Under the pieces are notes generated by a model that was not told the DNA's origin, ran no database searches, and saw nothing but the letters and a program-made list of their open reading frames with translations. Source: Intoshia linei (taxonomy: Eukaryota; Animalia; Orthonectida). Taken from it: a DNA stretch of 57,987 nt. The position numbers and the translations under genes are program-made. Every line of letters starts with the position of its first letter. The first letter of the stretch is position 1. Positions 1-13,200 of the stretch are shown piece after piece. The stretch is taken from NCBI GenBank assembly GCA_001642005.1, contig LWCA01000082.1, positions 1 to 57,987 on the forward strand, written 5' to 3'.

Positions 1-1925
1 CATCATATAATATTGACATAAAACTGTTTCAAATAATAATATTAAACATTAAAATCATTCTATTAAAGTGAATATTCAAAAATAAAGTAGGAAATCTTTG
101 ATTTTCTCTTATTAATTTTCAACTGTTTATATAATCAAACTTTCATGATAATTGGATAATACAGAATTAAAAATAATATTGACAAAAAAATTATTTAAAA
201 TGAGGATTAAAACCTTTCTAAAAACTAAATATTCAAAAAAGAAAGTAGTATTCAAATGAAAAAATAAACTTTGTTCATTAAATAATGTTAATAGGTTTTT
301 TTAAAAGAAATAAAAGTTACTAGAAACCTACATATCTTTTAATGCTTTTATTAATACTCAATGAAATAAGACTCACATTCTCCAATTAACAGTATGCTCT
401 GTCTTCTAAACAGGGGTCCTATTTTTTTATCGCTTCGCTCATAATATTTAAGGGCCCGGCCCTTTGCTTAGCCCAGGCCTCCGAAGTGGCTTAAGACGGC
501 TCTGATCACATACACCCCTAATATGTATAATAGGGGTCTGAATTTTAGTAGGTTTTTTTTTTTAAACTTTATAGTGCGGGAACGGATAAAAAAATTGATT
601 TTGGAGAATTTTTTGAGGAGAAGCTTGCAATTTTAAAGATCCCATACAAATATGTTCTACAAAAATTAAAATATAACTTTATTTAATGAAATGTTATTAT
701 CTAATGTGTTAGCATGTTTTGAGTGGTCTTATGTTGACCGTCATGTTTGGTTTAGTTTGGTTCACTTTGCATCTTTAAATTCAATTCTACCTCATTAATT
801 ACTGATCTTTGTTTTTAGTGGCAATTCTTATCAATGAAAAATGATAATCTTTATAATATTATAACAACTTTAAACATCGATAGAATAAAAAGTACGAATT
901 AATTTCTGAAAATTACATTTTTATATATAAAACCTCACCCTCGAGAAATTGTATTAGAAATTTGTGGTTTTAAAACTCTATACTTCTTACTTTCTTAAAT
1001 TAATAATTATAAACAAACAGACATACATTTTTAGTTAAAATACTAGTACATGTAGTAGAGATTACTGTATTATGTCAAAAGTCAGTATTTCCAAAAAAGA
1101 ATGAAATATTTCATGTCAAACGAGATTAACATAATTAGGTTAAACCATCTAAGGATATAATAATAGTATATTTTATAAACAATCATAACAATTATAATTA
1201 TAAATCCATTTTTTATTATGTTATTTAATAGTTTATTAATTAATTAATTTAAGTTGCGATTAGTAATTTTTATACAATATATAATTTTATATAACACATA
1301 ATATATTACGTACATCAGTGGTTATCAACCTTATTCAATAATCTCCACTTCCATATTTAATTTTTTACAAGTTTTTATTTAGTTTCAAATTGGATATTGA
1401 CAAATTGTGTTCACTATTTCAGTCTCTAAATTAGCCTATATATTAATTTATTCAATATAGGCCACTATATTTCATAAATAGTTAACATTTTATATCATCG
1501 GTATGATAAAAAATAGTATTTTCAGATTATTTTGATTTGACAAGCTTTAAATATTATAACCATTATCTACACGGCATATCTTAAATAATAAATATATACA
1601 AAACAATAATAACAAACAAACAGTAACTATTAAAAATAATTAAATTTAAAAACATCTAATCTTGGACCATTCTTTCGTCATTGAAAGCCACTTATCTATA
1701 AGTTAAATATAATAAATACCTTATACATTAAATCATAGGACGTAATTACTATATTAAACATAAAATAATCATAGAATATATAATATTTTATATAATTGAT
1801 GTTAACTATAACTAAATACATTAATAACTCTACAATTGGCATTTACTTTTCGCCGATCCCCTAAACCCCATTATTATTTTGGAAAAGGTTTATTATTTTA
1901 ATGAAAAGAGTAGCAAGATATACAT

Positions 1926-2982
1926 TAGGGTGTTAACTTTTACAAAATTTCTCAATTAAAAAAAAGTATATTTCAGTATCTGGGTTTTTTGCTACGCTGA
2001 ACAAAATGGTAATTTTTTTTTTAATTTTGTTAAGAATAACCCTCACGCATTTGCCATTTATCAACAATATATATTAAGTTTATAATATAATATAAGTTTA
2101 TATGAAATAAAGTGAATTTCAGATAAAATTAGTAAGTCACCATCACTATTTGTTTACCCGCAGCCTTGGAATCATGGGACTTGGATTAGTTTCATGTGGG
2201 TAGATATATACTTCGATTAATAATATACGAAAAACTATAGGTGACATATAATAATGTTAGATATCGTACCAATCATCATAGTTAATATTTATAGATTCTT
2301 CAAAAAGTTTAGATAATTTGAAAAACGGGTATGTAAGTTAGGTGTATTTTTGAATGCAGATTCCAATGTTAAAAACAGATTTTCAATAAACTCAATAACG
2401 ACATTGCCTTGAACAATTAAAACTTAATTGTTAAGTATTTAAAAAAATAGCCAAATCTAAGTTTATTTTCGTATTTTTTTAAATTTTTTTATACAAAAAC
2501 TTAAATTCCTGCTTCGTTTATAAAGAAAAATTAAAAATTTTTGTATATTTTAATCAATCATGTTCAGCTTCATCCATGCCACTATGTATAACACTAATAT
2601 CTGTAATAGAATACTAGGGATTTTACTAAAGTGGCCAGAAAAATACGTACTATCACTTCTAATTTATTTGGAATAAATTTTAAGCCGAAAATTTTTATTC
2701 GTCATCATGGATTAGTAGTTTTGACTTTAGATTTAACACCAAATAAACTAAAATTAATAGTACTTATTTTTTCTGGCCACTTTAATTTTACTCGAAATGG
2801 AACTTTATTTTTTGTAACTATTTTATTATATATTTCCTTATAACTTTCCCTATAACTTTTTATGGTTTTGCGCGAGGGTTACGTTAAGAATTGAAGTCTC
2901 ATATTTTACATATTTGTATAGAATACAAAATGAATACATATGGCAAAAATAATTTTTTTTCGTTAACTAGATTAATACCCTA
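1926..2982. mobile_element. Non-autonomous hAT-superfamily (hATm-like) element
   Basis: Termini TAGGGTGTTAA...TTAATACCCTA form imperfect inverted repeats. Perfect 8-bp target-site duplication ATATACAT at 1918-1925 and 2983-2990. No transposase ORF. Confidence 0.8.
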
Positions 2983-4892
2983 ATATACATATAGTGGTTT
3001 ATATGGTTGTTTTTTCCATTTTTCAAAATTATGAAGTCCTTGGGACTTGGGACTCCCACGTTTTGAAACTCAACATTGGATAACTATAAAGAGAATGATT
3101 TACATTGTACGCCAATATCAAACAAAAACTTACATAAAAATAAATAATATTTGTTTTAGAAGTATTAGGTTTGCATTACATAATTTTCCATTTAGTGTTA
3201 CATTTCAATGATAAAATGTAACCTAACTATTAAATTGTAAAATTATAATATTTTTAACTAGATTTTACGTAATTTAAATTAGCTTAATTTATTCAGTATA
3301 ATTATGTACATATAAATATAAAATTTACAATTCAACCTAACCATAGGCTACTGGAGGGATTCTCAACCTTTTTTGAACTATCGCTCCCAGATTAAAAAAA
3401 TGTTAATTATGCAAGATTATCTCTCTCCTTAAAACATGTATGACAAACTCTTTATTCATTAAAATTAAGCAAAATGTTGTTAATCTAATTCTGGGCATTA
3501 TAAAAATTGATTATACATATTATTATACACATTATTGTATAGTAAAGGTTCTATTTAACAGAATTTTTGGAATTTAGCAATTTTCTATGTTGTTAAGGTT
3601 GAATTTTACATTTTCTAACAATAATATATTTTTCCTTTTTTCTTATTAAAAACTCTTTATAATATACATTTAAATGGTTATATTTAATAATATATTACAA
3701 ATTGTAGTTTCATTTTATGAATGTAATACGTATGTGATGTTACATTACATTATATCAAGTCGGCCGAAGGTCGGCAAACTTTTGCATCTTATGGACGTTT
3801 TTATATCCAAAAATTTGACGGACCGTTTTTGAAAATGTACATTAATACATTGCAATTTTAATTAACCAGAAACGGTTATACTATATTCAACAAAATAAAA
3901 TACAGGGCGATTTGAAAATTCTTTATTAAAATGATTATAATGAGCCAATTTTAGTATAAATGTTTAAAACGGTTTTAAAAGTTGAAAAATAAATAATTTA
4001 CATATTTACTCAAAGGGCCACCAAAATTTATTTATTATTATTAATATTGTTTATTTTGAAAACAATTCAACCCTATATTAAACAATCGCCCAGGTTGAGA
4101 ATCGCTTGCTACAGCATGATAACTTATTACCGCAGGATAGACGTGACTAACTAATCCTACCCATAATTCAATTTTATTTATTATTTTTACCATAATTATT
4201 TTTCAATTCAGGGTAGATAAAATATCCTTAAAGCTACATTACATTATTTACAAAATGTTGACTAAAATCAGCATTATTGACCAATTTTATAATATTATTA
4301 AATAATACCATATTAGAAATGATTTAAAAATAAATGTTATTTTTAAAAATTTATAATGTCGATTTGGTGCTTACCATTATCATGGTTGAACTTAATAAAT
4401 TAAAATTATTTTTTAATATAGTTTTCAATTTTAGATTTTTTGGTAAAATATTAAAAATTTGAAAATGCAGTAATGGTTCTAATATTAAGATTATTTTCGT
4501 ATTAAATAATTATTAGTTTTATAAATAAATTAGTAATAATAATATCCATTATTGAGTTGAAACTCACTTTTCAATTTAAATTTTTTTGATTTATTAATAA
4601 CAATACAAAAATTATAAAAAAATGAATAATTTATCACTGTAAATGAATTTCTAATTTTCATAAAATTATTTGAATATGTGATTAATTAAGTTAAGGTTTT
4701 TAGAGTCCATAAATACTTACTTATATTGTGAAAAAACCTTAAATAAATATACTAAAATCTCTGGGATTCTATAAGATTTTGTAAACCTCTAGTGGGCCTA
4801 ACTCTTATCTTGACCTCTGATCTATACTACGAAAAACAGAGCTTTACTGTACTTTAAATAATTATTATATTATCGTTTAAAAATTATTTTAG

Positions 4893-7800
4893 CTCTTCTG
4901 AATATAAGTAATTTTACTAGCTTTAATTGCGTCAATTAAAATTTTCCTGTAATATTTAATACATCGTGATAGCAAAAAAATGATATTTATTGATACCAAT
5001 AAGATGTTTATATTGATTCAATGTTTTCGTTGAATCTCTGGTTAGGTACGTGGTTTTTTACACGCCAACATCATCAGTATGACGAAATCAAACACATCAC
5101 TATGTAACTAAAATACGTGTATAATATACAGTTTATATTATACTGACAGAGATGGGGTATTTTATTTGACTGATTATTTCATGAATTCATCATTCATCAA
5201 TAATTATTTTTAGTTATGCCTAAATCAAGTAAATCATTTATCATAAAATAATATAATCAATGTTGTCAAAAATGTATATTGCACTGTAGGGCTTTTCAAT
5301 TAAACATTTTTTTAATATCAAAGTGGCATATATTATAAACACATTTTACTTTTTTGCAGAATAAAATAAATACGTTTGATTTTGATCCAAAAAACCCAAA
5401 TTTATTGTATATTTTGTTAATCGTCAGCGGACCAATTCATTTGAAAACAACTGATATCTGTGTTTTTATTACTTTTTAATAAAAAATGTAAATTTAGTAA
5501 AACAGAGTAAATTTATAAACCATTGATTTGTGATACGGCAAGATATTTTCATTAATTTGATTAATAATTTATTATTTTAGACTCCAGTAAAATATTAAAT
5601 TTGAAAATTTTTTTTTGAAAATTGTTAATCTTTATACATTTAATTTATTTAGCTGTGGCTGAAAGTAAAAATTTTATTCCAGTAAATAATGTAAATAATA
5701 CCCATTTTTTGTATTGTAATCATTAATATAAAAATTTCATTTTCTTGTCGACTAAATGATTTATAATGTAAAAAAGTAAAGATGTTGATGAAATAAAGAT
5801 GTAAAAATGTATTACAACAAATTCTAAACATTGCAAACTAAAAATAAATATTAAGAATATCGATTCTATTCTTTTACCAATATTATTTTATAAATAATCT
5901 GATAGATGTATTATATACCTAAATAAAATTAGTAATGTATAATGGGGCTATTCCAATTGGTACTTTTTTTTTTAAAATTTAAAAATACATATATAGATAA
6001 TAATAATCTCCAATTAATTTGCTGCAGAATAATATAAATCTTTTTTATTTTTGTCGTAAAAAACCACCGCGTCTTTACCTTTTTCTGTTTTCCTAACATT
6101 TTTTCCGTAGTTGCCTTGCATTTTTTATAATTTTAAGATATAACATATATCATATGACACTAACTATATTAATTAAAAACATCATTAAAAATTCGTTTAT
6201 TTTAGACACAGTTCACAGACAAACTTTTCGTCATGTTTAAAAAAATTATATAATTTTAAAAAAAGACATGAATTTATATGAACTGGGTCAAAATAATTTA
6301 AATACTTCTACTTAAATATTTGTTAAGTATAATATATAATACTATTGTAAAAAAATTATTTTGTTAAGTTTATAATATTAAAAGTAAAACGAATTTAAAA
6401 ATAATAAAATTTAATTCATTAATTTTGTGAATATTTTATTGCCGTACATACTACATATATTTATATTTATATTTCTTAACTATTTTTTTACATAAGTACA
6501 TCTTTACATAGAAAATTGGTACGAATTTAAATTAAATTTGTTTATAGTTTTTGAACATATATTTTCAATTTTAATAATTAATTTACTAACATTATATATG
6601 TAGAAAATGATCTTTCACAAGGTTAAATGGTCATTATTATACTGTTTAATTCAACAAAATATGAAAATATTTTGGACATTCCTTGTTAACTTTCAAATGA
6701 TGAAATCATTTCAATATTAGACATTTTTAAAAGTAATATAAATTCAGATAAATTTAAAATTGGTATTATTTAAATTTATTAACGCGACAACGGATTATTA
6801 AAATTTTCAATAAAATTAACTGAGAAATCATAAAATGAAAACTTTAAACTTCATGACGCGGGGGTTTTTTTGGATAAAAATTAAAAATATGAATATCATT
6901 CTGCAACAAATTAAGAGGCGCTTATTTTCTATATATGTGATTTTTATTAATGAAAAATGAAATAACCATATTGTATAACAATAATTTTAATTATTAAAGT
7001 TGCTAAAATTAACAATGTTTATTGAGCATAATTTTGCATTTCTTGTATTTAAAAAAAATAATGCGAGTAGGTAATAATAACTCATACCTTATACTAACTT
7101 AGTGTAAGGTTAATAAATTTAAAAAGTATATTAGGCTATAATGTAATTATTATAATAGTTGGTAATTTGTTTATACAGATTAAAGACGATTTCAATTTTT
7201 CTGTTTATTCTAAAACAGTGATTCTTAACCTGTGCGCCGCAAAGATTATTTATTTATTTGAGTTTATTTATAAAAAAGTTTTTTTTTTTATTTAAAAAAA
7301 TTTTATAAATTAGTTTTAAACTTTTACATTGACAATTCACTGATTAACATTTTTTAATGTACTATTAAATATAATAATGTATTTATATTTAATAATATGG
7401 TGACCAGATAATATAAATATATACATATATATATACATAACAAAAAATATAAATACATTTTATCAGACATTAATAGTTCTTTGTTAAATTTAAGTTAACC
7501 AAATAAATATATTTTTTTATTATTATTACGATTATATATTTTTATTTGTTTTAATCTTTGTACAATTTCGAATTTGGTGTGCTTTTTTTTTATTAAAATT
7601 TAAGGTGCGACCAAATTTTTATTTATTTCACAATTGCGCCATGAAGAAAAAAGGTTAAGAAGCACTGATGTAAACCAGTGGTTCAAAACTCATTTTGTCT
7701 ACCGCCTTCTTTTTAACAATATATTTTTTCATTGCCCCTTTCATTCGCGTTAAAAAAATTTTCATAGCGATATCGCCCACTTTGGCAACCTCTGGGCTAA

Positions 7801-8963
7801 ACTTTAGCTTGTCTCGTATTTAATTTTATAGAATTAGAATTATAATTAAATTTATTACAATATTACAATAATGATTAATGTCTGTATCAATGATGTCTCA
7901 ATTTTTAAATTTAACAATACTGATGTATGCATAATTTATCCCAAAATTAAATTTGAGCGAAATATCTAAATAGAAAATAACTGGTATTGGCGAGGTAGAG
8001 AGATTTTTTATTTTTATTAAAAAATGTATATTAATGTAAATGTATCTTTAGTTTAAAATTTAGATTTACTATTTGCGTATGAAATTATAATAAATTTTAT
8101 ATTATTTTATAAATATAAATCAATAATTATTGGTTAATAACTACACTGTGCAACATTCGGAAAATGATTATTGATAAAATTTTGGCAAATTACTCTAACT
8201 AATTATATTACAGTAGGAGCTCTATATACTATAATACTTTTTATTGAAATTTCATATAAACATTCCATATACTAAAACACATAATTTTATTTCATAGCGT
8301 TACTATCAAAAAAAAGTACTTTTTATTATTGAAATACTTTTCATTGAAATGTTCTTATTTTAAAATAACGCGTGTTGATTTTTGTATGGAATTTGTTAAC
8401 ATTATTTAAATTTGTTCGAAATTTTTTTAAGTATAAATTTTAACAAGCAACTTGCAATTGAAAAACGCAAAATACTCTTATTTGTTGATAACTGCACAGC
8501 TCATGTTATGAGAAATGATCTACTTTTTATTAAATTGGCTTTTCTTCCTAAAAATACTACATCAGTGTTACAACCTATGGACAATGTCCATTGGACATTA
8601 TTAAAATAATCATAATAATCATTGAAATAAAATATCATTTTAGTATATAGAGCTTCTATTGTAGTTAATATGCCAAATTTAAATAAAATCCGTCATGAAG
8701 TTTAAAGATTTATTGGTTTTAATTATTAACCAAAAATTAATTTTATTTCTATTCAACTGATCATTAAATATCAGTAGTGCGTTATTGATGACTTTGTGAT
8801 ATTATTTTTTAAATGATTTCCGTAATAATTATAATATATGTTATAATAAACATTGTTTATGTGAAAATTTATTTAGTATTTTCATTAAATTTTATGTAAA
8901 AAGTTAAATTTATAATTTCTTTATAGTTTTATTTTTGTTTTTAAAGCAAACGGGATCGAATGA
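4893..8963 (+). CDS. Candidate micro-exon series 1 (separate micro-exon gene, or 5' part of the downstream one)
   Basis: AG/GT-bounded symmetric exons open in phase 1: 4893-4907 (15 nt), 5214-5228 (15), 5581-5586 (6), 5653-5664 (12), 6369-6383 (15), 6604-6621 (18), 6721-6732 or 6721-6762 (12/42), 7135-7161 (27), 7974-7994 (21), and a possible terminal exon 8947-8963 ending in TGA. Joined: xLLNI-IMPKS-NS-TVAE-IYNIK-KNDLSQ-DIFKSNINSDKFKI-GYNVIIIIV-ENNWYWR-ANGIE*. Start exon unresolved. Confidence 0.4.
7216..7794. mobile_element. Two adjacent hAT (Buster/Charlie-type) MITEs
   Basis: Element A 7216-7667 (CAGTGATTCTTAACC...GGTTAAGAAGCACTG) and element B 7676-7794 (CAGTGGTTCAAAAC...TTTGGCAACCTCTG). 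They are separated by an 8-bp nnnTAnnn spacer, ATGTAAAC. Confidence 0.7.
8211..8661 (+). mobile_element. Internally deleted pogo/Tigger DNA transposon with DDE transposase fragment
   Basis: TIRs CAGTAGGAGCTCTATATACTA / TAGTATATAGAGCTTCTATTG flanked by TA. Internal ORF 8412-8609 contains KILLFVDNCTAH and FLPKNTTSVLQPMD, typical pogo/Tigger DDE motifs. Confidence 0.85.
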
Positions 8964-10263
8964 GTATACTTCATATTAAAATCGCTCAAAATTTAACGAT
9001 TTTAGAGATACTTTATGTAATATTCATATTAACCAGTTACTAAAACACTAACTTGAGATCGTTGTAACTTCCATCCTGCACTATAAATTTTTCTTAAAAT
9101 TGATGAGTAGATTTCTATTATGTATATTAACATATTATGAAAATATTTTTGAGATCCCGACTATAATTTTTATTCTAGAATCTAGATTCTAGATCAAGTG
9201 CACAAGTTTTCCACCAATTCAACTAAAAAGCTACTTTTATATTATTATTTTAATTTACTGGCCGCACAAAATTTACTTTGACACTGAGAAAATATTAATC
9301 CATTTTAAGAAAATGGCCAAAGTCAAAAATGTAAATTTTTGATAAAAATATTTTAATTTGCCCTTGAATAAAATCTATTTTAAACTTTTTCAATTCGACG
9401 TAAAATGATACATTTCATTGCACATTAGATTAACCACAAAATTTAAATTAAGTTATTTTGAAAAGATGCCCATTGTACAAATTTACAAAATTATAAAGAT
9501 ACGAAATATTTCGCGTCTTAACAATGCCAACATTTTAATATGCTTTAACTACACACATAAATAATAATGTAAATTTTCTATCGTTTGAAAAACTTCAATC
9601 GGCCCAAAGAGGTCGATTCTTCCATTATTGTGAACCATTGCTCATACAGATCAGTATTTTTACTACTACCTTTAAATGTTTACTGTGGACCTAAATTTTA
9701 GATTTAATAAAAGTGTTTTCTTAAAATTTTAATACATTTTTCAATAGGATTTAATTAATTAGAGAAACTGGGAAAAGTCAAAAATGTTACTTTTAATTAA
9801 AATATTTTAAATGGCCCTTAAATAACATAAATATAATCTTATTCAAACTTTTCAATTTGAAGTGATTTCAAATAATATATTTTATTATGATCACATTGAT
9901 TTTTCACGGCCGCACATAAACGCGTTCACGGGCGCGTGCGGTCGTACGGTTTCAGGTTGTGCACCTTGTTCTAGATGCTAGATTTAGGTGGTCAATTTTT
10001 ATTTTACATAAGAGTACCTTTTAAAGACGAATCGGCAGGATTGGTTATTGAATATTTAATTCATCTCATACAAAAAAAAGTATATACCAAATACCTTATT
10101 TTTTCATGTACAATAGGGTGTCATATTTTTTGAAAAATACAATGTACATTGTACAATGTAGATTAGTATTGATGAGAATAATATATTCTAACATCATTAT
10201 AATCAGAACTTACTGAACTTATATTTAAATTATGTATATATATTATTAATATATTTATATAGG

Positions 10264-13200
10264 ATGCTTGGTTATTTTTTAACATTTAGTTTTTTGTTAT
10301 GTAATCTGTATTATAATTATACTTATTTATTTATATTATAATTATTTAGAATGTAAATTTAAACATGCTTACTCAACTTGCTGATTAATTTAGTTAAAAT
10401 TCCGAAAAAATGAATTATATAGATTTTCATCCATATTTCTTTATTGGAAATGTGTAGACGTTTAATGCACATTTTTTTTGAAATTGTAGGATCAATATTT
10501 ACATTTTCAATTTTTATTTTAATCGAAATATTTGAAAAATATTGGTTGATAATATATTAAAAATTATTTTTTACCGGGAATGGATAAATTTCAGGAGTAA
10601 AAATTTTGTATTTATATCAACTGGAATAAGCTGTATCATAAAATTATTTTTTTTTAAATTATTTATTATTTCACATTTTTTGTTTTTTGTTAATAAAATA
10701 TTTCGGAAAAAAATATATGTATATTAAAGAGCTTTTTTGACAGTTGTTGTCTTTCAGTTGTTTTCAGTATTCTTTTCGGGTTCTTAAGAAGTTTGAATTA
10801 CGCGATAACTGTATATATTGATATTCATATACATATTATAATAAATATATATATTTATTAATCTAGTTTGTAAGTGTTTTTATGTCAAGATTTTGTATAT
10901 GGCATTATGTGTGCCAAATGGACACACTCCATCATAATTTATGTGTAAAATCGAGTATATATAGTATTTGGGTGTATGTGAATAAAAATTAACAAAAACT
11001 TTTTTTTTTGAATCTTAATTTATTTAAAAGTTTTTTTTGTCTAATTTTCATTAGTTTGCTCGTGTTTCATTTATTGACTTTTAATAAAAATATAAATTTA
11101 TAATTACGTTCATAAATGTATTTATTAGTAATTTTATATATTTTAGATGTTGAAAGTAACATTCAATACAATTTATAATTTTGATAAGGTATCACATATT
11201 TATATTAATTTTTAGGACAATTGAAATTTATGATGAAAAGTAATCAAATCTACATTATTATCAAATTCACCCTGTTTAGTCTTAAATATTATTAATATAT
11301 TTTAATCATTTAGACCCAAGTAATTGTCTTATTTAATTACCTTCTGATATATTTATTCCGCATACATTAATAAGTAAAGAGATAACGTCATTTGTCAATA
11401 GTTTTTGTTAGATTTGTGCAATATATCAACATAGTATCAGTGCAGTGGTGCAATTATACCAGTGTTTCTGATACGGTCGGTCCTGGTGTACTAGTGCATA
11501 CAGCAAATTTAATGTGTGGTTTATGTTTTATGCTTATTCCGGGAGAAATTGAAAACGAGATATAGTCCATTTCACTGAGAGTGAGTTAAATCAGACTTTT
11601 TCTTTTTTGTACTGAATCAACTTTGTTTCTTAAATTTTAAAAATTTTTAAATACTTCAAGTACGCCCGATGTAAAATATATTGAGAAACACTGGATTAGA
11701 CTATAATTTCTATTGTATATTGATAGACTATTACTATTATTACTATAGACTATTACTAATATTACAAAAATATTATTGTATTTATGAATTTCATTAACTT
11801 AAAAAAGTTGGACCACGTGTTACAATAAACTGTATTATGCAAATAAATAATATTTCAAAATTAACATTTATTTAATACATGTCGTACATAACGTTTTTAT
11901 TAAACATGTAAGCCTATCTTTTATGTATGGGTGACACTTTTAGGTTGTCGCAAAAAAGTGACAAAATTCAGACCCTTAATGTTTATATTATGGTGTAAAA
12001 GTATATTCATACCATATAAATGTATATAAGTGTATTTATTCTATATTAAAATTAAAACTATTATTTAGATTTCATTTTAACTCCGTGTATGATGATTTAA
12101 AATCAGATTATTACAATATAACCTCTCTAAGTCAAATCCTAGTTAAATCAAAATTATCTCGCTTTAATTTGTAAAAATTTATACAAATTGAAATACAATA
12201 TTGTATCTTAATAACTTTTAATTTTACTACATTCCTATTTTTATATTATCATGACTATCACGTACAAATTGCAAATGCAAATTTACACGAATTTATCGAT
12301 TTGATTTAACGAGGATTAAAATTTTGATAATATTCAAATCGTTATTTAGATTCATTTCTAAGTAATTTTAATTAAATTTATTAAAAATAGTTGATTAAAA
12401 ATATTTATGATTTTAATACATGTATCATTATATATTATTATATATATATTAGGGTGATTCATTTTTGAATTTTTTTTGAATTTCAAAAACTATTTTTACA
12501 TACCATCCCCATTTTGTACAAGTAGGAGCATACCACAAAAAATTTTTTAAAATTATAAAAATTTCCCCTGCCCCGGTAAGGGTAATATTTATTTTTTACA
12601 TAATCTGATTTTTTAGCTTTCGTGTGTTTTTTCTATGCTCTTCGACAACCTGTATCAGGTTTTGTTTAGAATTTTCATTTATGGGTCCAAAATTTTGATA
12701 TTGGTCAATCAATGCCACTACACGTTCTGAGATATCATTGACCACCTAGATTACATTTATATAAAATTTATAAAAAGTATATAATAAACTAGAAATAAAT
12801 AAAATAACCTTTAAAGATGATACAAACATATCAGTTCTTCTAAAAGATTCATGTGAAGACATTTACGGGGTATTGCAAAATATCCAATATGTCCAGAGTT
12901 ATCACAGTGAATCTGGATTCATGTTTGACAAATGAGATTTTAAATTTAGGTTCGTTTTTGACCTTGGTGTAATCTTGACAATATTTATATTAGACGTAAA
13001 AAGTATTTTAATGCCAACAAAGACTTATCTGATTCATATAAATTTTTGCTGAACAAAGCTAATAGGACTAAAGATCCGCTTAGATACCATAAATGTCTCT
13101 TTAATGCTTTTTCTGCCTGAAACGCCATACTATTAGAAATACCTCGAAACAATTGTAAATTCTTATATAGCTGCAAATCACTTAATGCAGCTTCAGTTGC

